A stretch of DNA of 64,000 nucleotides from the human T2T-CHM13v2.0 reference genome, Homo sapiens (GCF_009914755.1 NC_060925.1), one strand, 5' to 3'. Counted from the first letter of the stretch, positions 35,671 to 55,156 are shown. Numbers and translations are program-made. Notes: generated by a model from the letters alone, not told the origin.

Positions 35671-36243
35671 GTAGGCTAGATTTTGGCATCAAAATACTCT
35701 TACTGGGGTTTTTTAAAAATTTCTTTGAAGCTAATTGTTGAGACGAATTGCGTTCTTTTCTGGATTGCAGTCAATGAGAGCAGAATAGAAAACATTCCGA
35801 GAACAGATTTCAAGCTTTTTTTTTTTTTTTTTTTTAAAGAGAGAAAAGGGAATTTCTTGTATTTGAAACTAAGCAAACCTCAGATGAGTCTATTCCCTTA
35901 ATGTCAGATATGGGGAATGGTATCATATCACAGTTCATCATTACTAAGGATGAAAATAGGGGCCAACTTAATAGTCATACGTAAACACTACCCAAAAATT
36001 AACACTTAAGCCAATGTGAATGTTACGTTGATAGATCCTCAGACCCAGAAATCTTCCCATTTGTAAAATAGGATTAGACTAGCCCAAATTTTCTCCTTTT
36101 GGAAGAAATGCTCCATGCTCAAACAACATAGAGCAATATTTGCTATGTGCAGTAGGGCAGTGGCTTTGTTTATATGTTACATATTTTATCACCGATGTAT
36201 TTTTTCCTCTGGGGCTCATGCTTTTTTTCTCTCTCTTGTTCAG

Positions 36244-36355
36244 ATGGTTTGTCAACAGTGACCCTGGTTGGAATCATAGTTGGGGTCTTACTAGCCATCG
36301 GCTTCATTGGTGGAATCATCGTTGTGGTTATGCGAAAAATGTCGGGAAGGTACTC
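36244..36355 (+). CDS. PDPN: Podoplanin exon 5 (transmembrane helix and cytoplasmic tail)
   Basis: Acceptor tcttgttcAG|; encodes DGLSTVTLVGIIVGVLLAIGFIGGIIVVVMRKMSGRYS; donor TC|GTAAGT, with alternative donor AG|GTACTC 6 nt upstream. Confidence 0.98.
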
Positions 36356-36447
36356 GTAAGTAAATAGCTTACACCCATGTGATAGGCAAATGAAAGCCAT
36401 CGTGTCTAGAACTCAAATCTTTGAACTAATAGAAATCTCTGATATAA

Positions 36448-37528
36448 GCTGGGTGTGGTGGCTCGTGCCTGTAGTCTCAGCTGCTGGGCACCTGCAGACC
36501 AGCCTGGGCAACATAGTAAGACCCTGTCTCAAAAAAATAATCTCTGGTACAATGGTCATGTTCCAAAGTTCCTTACTTGGGCCTCTTGAGTGCAGTGGCT
36601 CACACCTGGAATCCCAGTGCTTTGAGAGGCTGAGGCAGGAGGTTCACTTGTGCCCAGGAATTTGAGGCTGCAGTGAGCTATGATTGTGCCACTGCACTCC
36701 AGCCTGGGTGACAGAGCAAGACTGTGTCTCTTAAAAATAAGAAAGAGCCTCTTCATCTTCAAAAGGACTACATCTGAAGTTTCCCCAGAAGGACAAATGT
36801 CTACTTAGACCTTATAAATTTCCAAAATAAGAGAGTCAGAGCCAGAGGTGGCTTGTAAGTTGACTTCTGTTGAGATCTGACCACATTTGATCTCTTGTTT
36901 TAATTTTCCAACTAACTGAACTTGGAAGAAAACCCAAACCAAGTTTTAATCTGATGCCTAATCAGCCCGTCTCCAACCATCAGAGAAAAGGCTTCTAGAA
37001 AACCGCCTGTCACAGAGTCGGCAGCCCATTCGGATTAGGAGTTCCACTGAGGATGGGGTCTTTTTCATTGAGATCTTCCGCTCTTGCCCTGCGTGCACCC
37101 ACATACGTGGTCATAGACTCCTAGCTTTGACTGTTGTTGAAGGGAAGGAGTTTTTTCTCCTTATTAAGCTTCCTTAAGAATTCAGAATATCTACACTCAT
37201 GGCCAGAGGAAACCTTTTTCTTTCTCTTTCTTTTTCTTTTTTTTTTTTTTGAGACAGTCTTGCTCTGTCACCAGGCTGGATGGAGTAGTGCGATCTCGGC
37301 TCACTGCAACCTCTGACTCCCAGGTTCAAGCGATTCCCCTGCCTCCGCCTCTCAAGTAGCTGGGACTACAGGCATGCACCACCACACCTGGCTAATTTTT
37401 TGTATTTTTTAGTAGAGATAGGGTTTCACCATGTTGGCCAGGATGGTCTCAATCTCCTGACCTCGTGATCCACCCACCTCAGCCTCCCAAAATGCTGTGA
37501 TTACAGGCATGAGCCACCGCGCCCAGCC
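36448..37528. mobile_element. Intron 5 Alus: sense FLAM/AluJ pieces 36448-36740 and antisense AluS 37215-37528
   Basis: Alu consensus matches in opposite orientation. Confidence 0.9.
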
Positions 37529-37847
37529 AAAAACCTTTTTCTTATATGAGTTGGAGGGATGATATATGATGGAAGGGAGGGGAGAGGACAAGTGATAAAC
37601 ACCTGGAGGGTTGAGGGATACAGGGGACAACACAGCTGTGGACTTAGCGTGTTTGGAAAAGCCAGGCAGTTTGACCCTGCTGTGTGAGGACGAAGGCATG
37701 GAGGAGGAATGTCAGGAACAAGAGATGATCACCAGGTGTCAGAACTTGGAAGATTTAGAGCAAAGGACAATAGGAAAAAGGACTCACGGAGTTACTATTC
37801 ACAATGCCAGTAAGAGACACGACCGTCACCCTTCTCTATTTTCACAG

Positions 37848-37854
37848 GCCCTAA
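37848..37854 (+). CDS. PDPN: Podoplanin exon 6 coding part (G CCC TAA; terminal Pro and stop)
   Basis: Acceptor ttttcacAG|; total CDS 67+134+130+39+112+7 = 489 nt = 162 aa plus stop. Confidence 0.96.
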
Positions 37855-38753
37855 AGAGCTGAAGGGTTACGCCCTGCTGCCAACGTGCTTAAAAAAAGAC
37901 CGTTTCTGACTCTGTGCCCTGTCCCTGAGCTCGTGGGAGAAGATGACCCGTGGAACACTTGCCTGGCCCACTCAGAATCCACGGTGACCTCTCCGCTTGC
38001 CAAAATAACCGAAGGAAAGACCGTTCACCAGACTTGGCTCCTCTAAACATTTGCTGTTCAAACATGTTTTTGAATATACATTCTATAAAAGATTATTTGA
38101 AAGACAAAATTCATAGAAAATGGAGCAAAACTGTATAAACTGATTTGTAACTAACACTGGACCATTGGATCGATATTATATGCTGTAACCATGTGTCTCC
38201 GTCTGACCATTCTTGTTATTGTTAAAATGCAGAGGAATCTGGAAATATTTATATCCACGGAGTCCTTGGATCCAGTGCTACGTCAGTAAATAGCACCAGC
38301 ATTTTGCAATTGCTGATCTGCTGAAATGTACACATTCTGGTCTAGTTTGGTCTATCTTTTAAAGCCTGATCTGGTGTGAATAATCAACTAGGAAATCTAA
38401 ACTTGGATAACACGTGGTGAACAACTGCCTTTAGCTGGTCCAGATTAATCATTTCAAAGACATCCATTTTAGATCACAAGCAGGAAGTCGATAGTCTCAA
38501 AGGCACTTTGTTTCTCCCAAGTAGGCCACCAGGCAGCCTCTAGAGTTGCTTTACCCAAATCCTTCTCCAGCCATGACTTGGTGACTCTAAGCTTGCTCCC
38601 ACCTGCCCCCTCCACTTCCCTCAGATGATGAGGAGCCAGGGCTAAGGGGGCAGCCTTCTCTCTTCCCAGTGATGCACATCCTTCACATTGGCTGCTTTGT
38701 TCTGGAATATGGATATCTCAGCCTGGATGCCGAGGAAGCTGCTGGATGCTTAA

Positions 38754-38761
38754 TGGTGCTA
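38754..38761 (+). promoter_or_regulatory. miR-29 family 8mer seed match TGGTGCTA
   Basis: Exact complement of the miR-29 seed AGCACCA plus A1; PDPN is recalled as a reported miR-29b target. Confidence 0.65.
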
Positions 38762-38840
38762 GAGGCTCAAGTGTGTTTGAAACCAAGAGCCAGTTGTCCC
38801 CCATGCAGAAAGAAATCCTGTGTGAGCCTCTGGTATGAGA

Positions 38841-38846
38841 AATAAA
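38841..38846 (+). terminator. Proximal candidate polyadenylation signal AATAAA
   Basis: Canonical hexamer; further ATTAAA at 38926 and AATAAA at 39027. Confidence 0.45.
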
Positions 38847-39338
38847 ATCTGCCAGTTTTATAACATTCACTTTCTGCCTCTGAGGAAAGATACAGGGAAC
38901 AAAAATCAATTTGTACAGTCTTAATATTAAAAGCAGCTTGACTAAATACCTGATTTAAAAATAGAAGACATCCCCAGTCCTCATGACATACCGCAAATAT
39001 CTGTGGGGTCCTGTTGAAAAGAACAAAATAAAGGAGCCCAAGGGGTCATTCTGTCTCAGCACCATCCAGCCTGGCACTTCTCTTCCCATATATCCATTGG
39101 ATTTTTTTTTTTTTTCCTAAACAAAGTTTTTACACTGAGCAGATGCTCTGTCATGATGGCGGTTGTGCAATTCTGGTATCCTCTAAATTTGTAAGCATTC
39201 ATAAAACAGGAAAAAGTAAACTATCATTCGGAAGCACAGCCCATTCCTCCCATTTTTTGCAATGATGTCTGGATGTTATTTTAAACAGTGTGTCTGTGTG
39301 TTCCCAAATCCAGCTGGCCCCACCAGCTCAGATTCCAT

Positions 39339-39612
39339 TTTTTGTGTGTGTGTGTGTGAAACGTAGTCTGCAACTCTGCCTCCCGGCAATTATACATGTG
39401 TCAGGATGTCAAAAAGCAATTCTCCTGCCTCAGCCTCCTGAGTAGCTGGGACTACAGGTTCCTACCACCACACCCGGCCAATTTTTGTATTTTTAGTAGA
39501 GATGGGGTTTCACCGTATCGGCGAGGATGATCTCTATCTCTTGACCTCGTGATCTGCCCGCCTCGGCCTCCCAAAGTGCTGGGATTACAGGCGTGTGCCA
39601 CTGCGCTCGGCC
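39339..39612 (-). mobile_element. Rearranged antisense Alu in the PDPN 3'UTR
   Basis: TSD tcagattccat at 39328 and 39613; tail converted to (TG)n; internal deletion and insertion. Confidence 0.9.
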
Positions 39613-39877
39613 TCAGATTCCATATTTGAACACCAGCTGATTGAGAGAAGGGGAATGAGAAGAGCTGGATGAGTTTAAATAACTTTCATTGTTCAGATTC
39701 CTGAACAGGAGTTGGGATAATGGCCATCTTTTCTTTCCTATCCTTTCTTCCCCCCTCACTGTGAAAAATAACAGTCCACCCCAAGTCATACACTGGACCC
39801 AGTGCCTGCGGGGACAGGACTGTGGGTTTCTTGGTCACACCTGTGTTGGTGCTCAATGCAGTGTAGACATGTTTTCA

Positions 39878-39883
39878 AATAAA
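39878..39883 (+). terminator. Distal polyadenylation signal AATAAA
   Basis: Canonical hexamer, upstream TGTA, CA dinucleotides about 20 nt downstream and a T/GT-rich element after. Confidence 0.8.
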
Positions 39884-40101
39884 ACAAATGATTGTGTACA
39901 ACAATGAGTCAGACTTTTGTTGGAAAACACAAGTCTGGGCCACACTTGGGAACATCTCCAGATAAGATTACAACTTAGGTAAATGCCTGCCTGTTGCCTT
40001 GCTTGAGAGTGGATTACAGATGGCCAGGGGAATGAATTCCACAGGAGGAAAACACACCTACACCTTTCAGCTAGGTCTGCCAAAGTAGAGAGGTCAAGTA
40101 G

Positions 40102-40998
<897 letters not shown>

Positions 40999-42521
40999 GG
41001 ACCAGGGTTCTAGTCCTGTTCTGCTCCTCCACACCTGTAACCCTTCAGGGAAGTCATTTAACTTCTTTGGGCTGCAGTTTCTTCTAAGAACTTTCATGAG
41101 ATGTCAGAAAGCATCCCTTTTCTAGCAGGAAACTAACCACGTCTACCTAGTCCAACAGATTGAAAGAGAACGGACCCTCAACTATGTTACATGTAAATTT
41201 ACATTCCATTACATGCCACCCCCAGGAGATGACTGGAAACTGGGGGAGCTGCCAGGGTTCTGAAAGTTTAGGGAAACAGCTCTATCAGAGACATCTGGGA
41301 GCAGGGGGTGCTGAGGTTAGCTCTTTGCATGATATAAAGGCCTTGTTTTTAACCCCTACTTTTCCCCCTCAACCTGGGAAAACCAGTTGAAAAACCAGGG
41401 CTTAGTTCTGCTTCATGGGCCACCTTCAAGGCTTGGCTTTCATGAATAGGAAAGAGCAAGGAACTGTTAATCCCTTTGCTGTCTCTATTTTTATTTTAAT
41501 TCAGATTTATTTAGTATTCAGGGCATGGGGCAGTTTGTGACATGCTTCGATTGGGGAATGGTGCACGTTTTGATATTAAAACTTTTGCCAATTAAAAGTC
41601 CATTGGAAGTGGAAAAAGAATCCTCCCCAAAATATAGCTGCATATTAACACATGCACTAAAAATAGAGTCATCCCCTTGTGTGCGCTGGAGGACTTGTTC
41701 CCTGAAACATTGCCTTTTTCTTTGCTCTTCCTGAAGCTTAAAATCGGGTTAGAACATATAATAGATCCTGGATTTTTCAACTCAGTAAATATAAATGATG
41801 TAAGTGTGGTTATTGGTCAACAATGCAGAATGAGTCTAAAATCACACTCACTGGTGTGAATGGGAGTTTTTTTGGCTCAGGGGCCCAGCATGCAGGTACG
41901 TACCTGGTACAGGCAAAGCCAGCTTGAAAGCACTAAACACTATTCCTCAGCACTGTTTCTTACTCTGAGATTATTTTATCAGATGCTGACTCAAAGCACA
42001 GCGTGTTCTATTTCTACATCCAAGGGCTCCAGGCCATAGTACAGACAGTCCTATGCGTGGTTCTGAGACCTTGCTCCTCCTCCCATTTTTTCTTTCCTAC
42101 CTCCTTCTCTACTGCTGCCTCTGCCTTTCCACTGATGCAAATTTTTGAGAAAACAATCACGTGCTGGTCACATACCAGGGCGATCAGCAAATGTTTCTGA
42201 AGTGACGGCTTCCCTCTGGATGCTGCTGAAGTAGTCAAAGAGGTCGTCTGAAATATTTGTTTGAATAAATGAGCTTACGGTCCTCCGCATGTAACCTCAG
42301 GAAGGTGTGCAGGTGTCCTGACCGAAGCAGGAGGTGGACCCCTTCCTGTTGCTCCTGTTCCCACCCTTCCACAGAGCATCTGTAGGTGAGGCTGGATCTG
42401 TGGATGGCCCAGGGCTCACTGGAAAGGGAGTAGGATTCTTGTCCAGCAAGATCCAGAAACAAAAGACATTCCCTTGGGTATAACTGCTGAAGAACTCTCA
42501 TGGGACAGGAGTAATCTGTTC

Positions 42522-43600
42522 CTTCATTTATTTATTCATTCAAATATTTATGTTCAGGCCCGTCCCAGGTGCTGGGAATCCATAGTGCATGAAACCAACA
42601 AAAATTCCTGCTCACATAGAGCTTACATTCTAATGCTGGAGACTGCAAAAAAAAAAATAAGTAAATCATAAGAGTGTGAAAATGAGAGACAATGGAGAAA
42701 AACACAGCAAGGAGAGGAAGTTCAAGTTTGGAGGAGCTGCAGCATGGAGTCTGGGGTGGGAGAAGGCCTCTCTGAGAGTCAAGCCATGTTCCTGAAGTGG
42801 CACGGCGAGGAGTGATCCTGATGGGTACCTGAGGGAAAAGTATTCTGGGCAAAGGGCATAGCAAAGGTCTGAGGCAGGAGCACCCTTGGCATGTTTTAGG
42901 GAATGCAGGGAAGCTCAGAAGGCTGGAGCAGTCAGCGCAGGGGACCATGGTAGGAGATGACGTCAGAGAGGTGGAGTGCCCTTGGAAATGGGGAGCCATG
43001 GGAAGCTTTTGAGCAGAGGAGTGACATGATCTGACTTACATTAAAAAAAAAAAATCCTCACCTCTGGTTGGGAACTGGCCAGTGTGAGAATCCAAGCAAG
43101 AGATGATGGCAGTTCAGACCAGGATGATAGCAGTGGACGTGGTTTAAGGTGGTCTGGTTCTAGTGATAATTTGAATGAAGTCAACAGAATTATCTGATAG
43201 ATTGGATGTGGGATATGAGAAAAATGGGAGGGTCAAGGTGACACTAAGGATTTTGACTTGGGCAACTAGGATAATGGAGTTGCTATCAGTTAATAGGGCA
43301 AGGCTGTGGATGCTGCAGGCTTGATAGGGCAGAGTTGGAGTTCTGTGTTGGACATGCAGAATTTGAGCTGAGTACAGATATCCAGCTGGGGGTATGAAGC
43401 AGGCAGTTGGGCACATGAGTCTAGAGTTTAAATGAGAGTTGACTGGAGACATAATTTGGGACTTGCTAGAACCTAACAACCATGATGCTGATGAGCTCAC
43501 CATGGGCAGAGTATAAATAGAGAAAGGCAAGTCCAAGAACTGAGCTTTGGTGTACCTCAAGGTTAAGAGTCAGGGATATGCAGAGAGATCACCAAAGGAG
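42522..43600 (-). mobile_element. L2 LINE fragment
   Basis: cattcaaatattta...gagcttacattcta...gagccatgggaagcttttgagcagaggagtgacatgatctgacttaca. Confidence 0.8.
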
Positions 43601-43700
43601 TCTCCCACCATGGATTGGATGAAATACATTTCAGGATTAGCCATTCCTGTTGTTCTCTTCCGTACCATCTAACAGTCTTCTGATTAAAAATCCAGCTTCC

Positions 43701-44151
<451 letters not shown>

Positions 44152-45001
44152 TTATGAGTTGATTGGCATGAGTTAGGTCCTAGGACCTGCTCAACCCCGG
44201 TTACTGTTATGCAACTAGGATTTTAAAACTATAAATCTTCAGGCCAGAATGATGACCACATCAAAATCCTCCTGCATGCTGGGCGTCCAACTCTCTTCCC
44301 TAGACAGCACTTCTATTTGAAGTCCCAACTATAATGGTTCCTACTGACCTCTCAGTTTAGCATCCATCCGCTGCACTGAGTTGCTCTGATCAAGCTTCCG
44401 AATGACCTCCTGTATGTCAATTCCAGGCCCTCTTCTTGGTCTTGTCTTCATTCATCCTCTGCAGCCATCAGCCCTGTTTTTGGTCCCCTTCTTGAAGCCG
44501 TCTTCTCTCGCTTGGCCTGCATGACATACTCCCTTATTGGTTGCCCTTCCTGGTTCTCTGCAAGCTGTTCCACTGGCTCTTTTCTTCACTTCCCCCTCTT
44601 TGCTCACAGGCATGCTTCAGGCTTACTTTTTGCTTCTCTATGGTCTTTCCCTTGGAGAACTCATCTATTCTTAGAGCTTCAAATGGCATAAGCTCCAGAA
44701 GAGCAGGCATCTGTTTGGTTCTCGGCTACATCCTTGGTCCCTGCAGCAGTAACTGGCACATAACAAGTGAACAGTGCCTCCCCCTTTACATGTGCGCCAT
44801 CAGCCTCCTAATTCAGATCCTCAAGCAAAATCTCATCACAATTGCAAACTTACATGCCCACATCCCCTCCTCCAATCTGATCTGCATTCTACCAATGGGA
44901 TCTTCCTAAAATGTACTTTTTTTGTTTGCACATGTCACCACATTCTAAAAGTGATCCAGTGATTTCCTACAAAATAACTTGATGGTCAAGGGCTTCTACA
45001 C

Positions 45002-45130
45002 TTTTTTTTTCCCTTAAGAGATAGGGTCTTGCTATGTTGCCCAGGCTGGATTTGATCAAACTCCTGGACTCAAGCAATCCTCCCACCTCGGGGTCCTGAG
45101 CAGCTGTGACCACAAGCATGCACCACAGCA
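45002..45130 (-). mobile_element. FLAM/Alu monomer joined to the 5S pseudogene
   Basis: agagatagggtcttgctatgttgcccaggctgg...aactcctggactcaagcaatcctcccacctc. Confidence 0.85.
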
Positions 45131-45220
45131 CCCAGTGGCTGATATACTCCCATCCAAGTACCAGCCAGGTCTGACCCTGCTTAGCTTCTGAGACGCATCC
45201 AGAATGGTATGGCCGTAGGC
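45125..45220 (-). pseudogene. RNA5SP41: 5S rRNA pseudogene (probably RNA5SP41), internally deleted, fused to a FLAM/Alu monomer
   Basis: ctcccatccaagtaccagccaggtctgaccctgcttagcttctgaga...tggtatggccgtaggc matches the reverse complement of human 5S rRNA; symbol from recalled position near PDPN. Confidence 0.85.
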
Positions 45221-45589
45221 GCCGGCAGCTTCTATACTTTATCATGGGGCTGATATCACATTTGTACCTCCACTGTAGTCAAGTGAAAAGAGCATGGCTC
45301 TAGACCCTGGCTATTGCAGCTTTGGTTCCAGGCTGTCCTACTTCCAGTGTGGAGGAAATTGCTTAACGTTTTTACGTCATCGCACTCTTGATTTAAAGGA
45401 ACCAAGACTCAGAAAGAAAGCATCTTTATGCAATGTTATGTGTTACATATATACACATTCCCATGTGAAAACATGGGAAATAAATCCTACGGGAACCCCC
45501 AAGCAACCACATAGCTCAGCCTACAGGAACTGAGAGTTTTCTACACAGCACTGGACTCTGGATTATCTTGACACCTCTACCACTGTTCT

Positions 45590-46400
<811 letters not shown>

Positions 46401-46934
46401 AAACCACATGGGCATGTGTTGGTGGCCAATATTAGGGTGATCTAGCCCTTCACGTTTCTTCCCTTTGTGATTCCTACCACTACCAACCAATGATTTATTT
46501 TCTGCTCTGAGCATCTATTCTCTACTTCCTGGTTTCTGCTTATTGGTAATGTCCACTGATTCACCCCTTAAATCGCACATGGACTCTTAAGGCCCCACCC
46601 TGCCTCCATGGCCTCTCTTTGTGTATTCTCTCAGCTTTAGCCTTGGCTACCAGCAGACTGATTCACTCTACATTTCCGGGACTTCTGATGTCTAAGGAAA
46701 TCGGGTTGGCCTGGCTGGTCACCATGGCCTCTGTTGGCCAGAGCTTCCTGTGCCAGGCCCCAGGTCACTGCTTACTGCAGATACCCACTCTGCCCCCGCA
46801 AGTCATTGTCCGTTCCTTGTTGACAGGGGTAGCTATGGGAAGATGAACGCCTGAAAAGGTGTGAAAAATAATACTCATATCACAAAGTTTTTATCAGCTT
46901 TAAAGTAAATAATGAATGCTTAATGCCTGTATGA

Positions 46935-49875
<2,941 letters not shown>

Positions 49876-50150
49876 CTTTTCTTTTTTCAAATAGGAAAGG
49901 AATATTCTTGATGTTGATTGGGAATTTCTCCACATAACATTTTATTCATTTTATTTTATTTACTTTTTATTGGTGAATGGTAGATGTACATAGTTTTGCA
50001 GTACATTGAATACATTGATCTTTGAATACATCATTGAATACATTCATATAATGTGTAAAGATCAAATCAAGGTAACTAGGATATCCATCCCCTTGACATG
50101 TATCATTTGATCATCGTCACTTTCAGAAAGTAACTGGAGCCAACTCCACT

Positions 50151-50591
50151 TGTAATGGGTTGAATCGTGGCGCCCAGAAAGACAGGTCCAAGTCCTTACC
50201 CCTGGTCCCTGGGAAGTTGACCTTATTTGAAAAAAGGGCCTTTGCAAATGCAATTAAGTTAAGAATTTTGAGATGAGATCATCCTGGCTTAACTGGCTGG
50301 GCTCAAGTCCAATAACAAGCATTCTCATAAGAAGAGGAGACACAAACAGGAGAGGAGAAACACAGGGAGAAGGCCACACTAAGAGGCAGAGACTGGAGTG
50401 ATGCTGCCACAAGCCAAGGAACACCTGGCACCCCTAGAAGCTGCAGGAGGCCAGAAGGCCCCCCTAGAACCTTCACAAAGAGATGGCTCTGCTGACACCT
50501 GGATTTCAAACTCGATGCAAGAATACATTGCTGTTGTTTTCAGCCACCCAATTTGTGGTCATTTGTCACGGCTGCCCTAGGAAATGAATAT
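50151..50591 (+). mobile_element. MLT1B/C-type MaLR solo LTR
   Basis: tgtaatgggttgaat...gaccttatttgaaaaaagggcctttgca...tttgtggtcatttgtcacggctgccctaggaaatgaata. Confidence 0.85.
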
Positions 50592-51065
50592 GCCTTCCAA
50601 ACAACCATCTGTGAGGGCAGCTTCCCGCTACCCATCCAGCCCATCCCAGATGGAAAGCAGCACTGACCTTTGCATTCTGACCCCACACCATTCCCTTGAT
50701 CCTTCCAAACAATGGATTGGCAGCCAGCATGCTTCCTTTGTGACAGACAGATGTTACCAGATCCTTCCATACTGTCATTCCAATTTGTCACTCATGCTGG
50801 AGGAATCCATGGTGAAAGAAATGTGGCCGAGAACAATAGGCAGAGCCCACCCTTGCATGACGAGCGGAACACACAGGCAGACCTCGCTGCGTTAATTCCT
50901 CCACCCCATGATGACTAACCCTGAATAACTTCCTTACCCAACATTCACCTTTAGTGGTCAGAAACACTTTGATGAATGAAATCCCAATGTCTAGTTATTT
51001 AGTGAGCATTGAACAAATATTCACTAAGTGTCTCCTCTAAGTTAGACACTATGCCATAGATGCTA

Positions 51066-53865
<2,800 letters not shown>

Positions 53866-53935
53866 CTGATAAAAAAAACTTTTGAGCACATGTCCCTAGG
53901 AGTAAAAGATCTGTGAGCACTCACTCCTAATATGC

Positions 53936-54022
53936 TGTTAGGTCGAACCATATGAAATTGCCATTTTTGTAGGGTCAAAAAAAAAGTCCAACAATGACGA
54001 TTCCATACTGTCCAATCCAATA
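53936..54022. mobile_element. MADE2 (Hsmar2-derived mariner MITE)
   Basis: ttaggtcgaaccatatgaaattgccatttttgtagggtcaaaaa...ttccatactgtccaatccaata matches the recalled MADE2 consensus. Confidence 0.75.
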
Positions 54023-55156
54023 TATCGAGGGAAATTCAGCCAGATATCGGGTGAAATTCACCCCCAATATTTCACGTAGGTTCTTTTCTATTTTCCCTAA
54101 GTGTTGGCCGGTCTGAGAAATAAAGGGACAGAGTATAAAAGAGAGAAATTTTAAAGCTGGGCATCCGGGGGAGACATCACATGTCGGCAGGTTCCGTGAT
54201 GCCCCACAAGCTGCAAAACCAGCAAGTTTTTATTAGGGATTTTCAAAACGGGAGGGAGTGTACGAATAGGGTGTGGGTCACAGAGATCACATGCTTCACA
54301 AGGTAATAGAATATCTTTTCTATTACCTCGCTATTGTGGAATAGCAAATGGAGGCAGGGTGAGATCACAGGACCACAGGACCGGGGCGAAATTAAAATTG
54401 CTAATGAAGTTTCGGGCACACATTGTCATTGATAACATCTTATCAGGAGACAGGGTTTGAGAGCAGACAACCGGTCTGACCAAAAATTTATTAGGCGGGA
54501 ATTTCCTCGTCCTAATAAGCCTGGGAGCGCTATGGGAGACTGGGGCTTATTTCATCCCTACAGCTTGACCGTAAAAGATGGCCGCCTCCCGAAGTGGCCA
54601 TTTTAGAGGCCTACCCTCAGGGACACATTCTCTTTCTCAGGGATGTTTCTTGATGAGAAAAAGAATTCAGCAATATTTCTCCCATTTGCTTTTGAAAGAA
54701 GAGAAATATGGCTCTGTTCCACCTAGCTCACTGGTGGTCAGAGTTTAAGGTTATCTCTCTTGTTCCCTGAACATTGCTGTTATCCTGTTCTTTTTCAAGG
54801 TGCCCAAATTTCATATTATTCAAACACACATGCTCTACAAACAATTTGTGCAGTTAACACAATCATCACAGGGTCCTGAGGCGACATACATCCTCCTCAG
54901 CTTACGAGATGACAGGATTAAGAGATTAAAGTAAAGACAGGCATAGGAAATCACAAGGGTATTGATTGGGGAAGTGATAAGCGTCCATGAAATCTTCACA
55001 ATTTATGTTCAGAGATTGCAGTAAAGACAGGCATAAGAAATTATAAAAGTATTAATTTGGGGAACTAATAAATGTCCATGAAATCTTCACAATCCATGTT
55101 CTTCTGCCATGGCTTCAGCTGGTCCCTCCATTCAGGGTCCCTGACTTCCCACAACA
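54023..55156 (-). mobile_element. MER11 (HERV-K HML-8) solo LTR, probably MER11C
   Basis: Minus strand begins TGTTGTGGGAAGTCAGGGACCC; about 1.13 kb; perfect 6-bp TSD ccaata at 54017-54022 and 55157-55162. Confidence 0.9.

Larger units (their letters stand above)
37855..39903 (+). other. PDPN: PDPN 3'UTR (about 2 kb)
   Basis: From the stop codon to about 20 nt after the distal AATAAA at 39878; contains an antisense Alu. Confidence 0.8.

Noticed and set aside
36174-36359. Stand-alone 61-aa ORF with a transmembrane segment
   Set aside because: It is PDPN exon 5 plus upstream intronic sequence in the same frame.
38291-38298. TAGCACCA in the 3'UTR, complementary to the miR-29 site at 38754
   Set aside because: Only about 8 bp of pairing over 460 nt; plausible by chance.
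54925-55095. Tandem repeat of about 90 bp inside the MER11 LTR
   Set aside because: Recalled as an intrinsic feature of the MER11 consensus.
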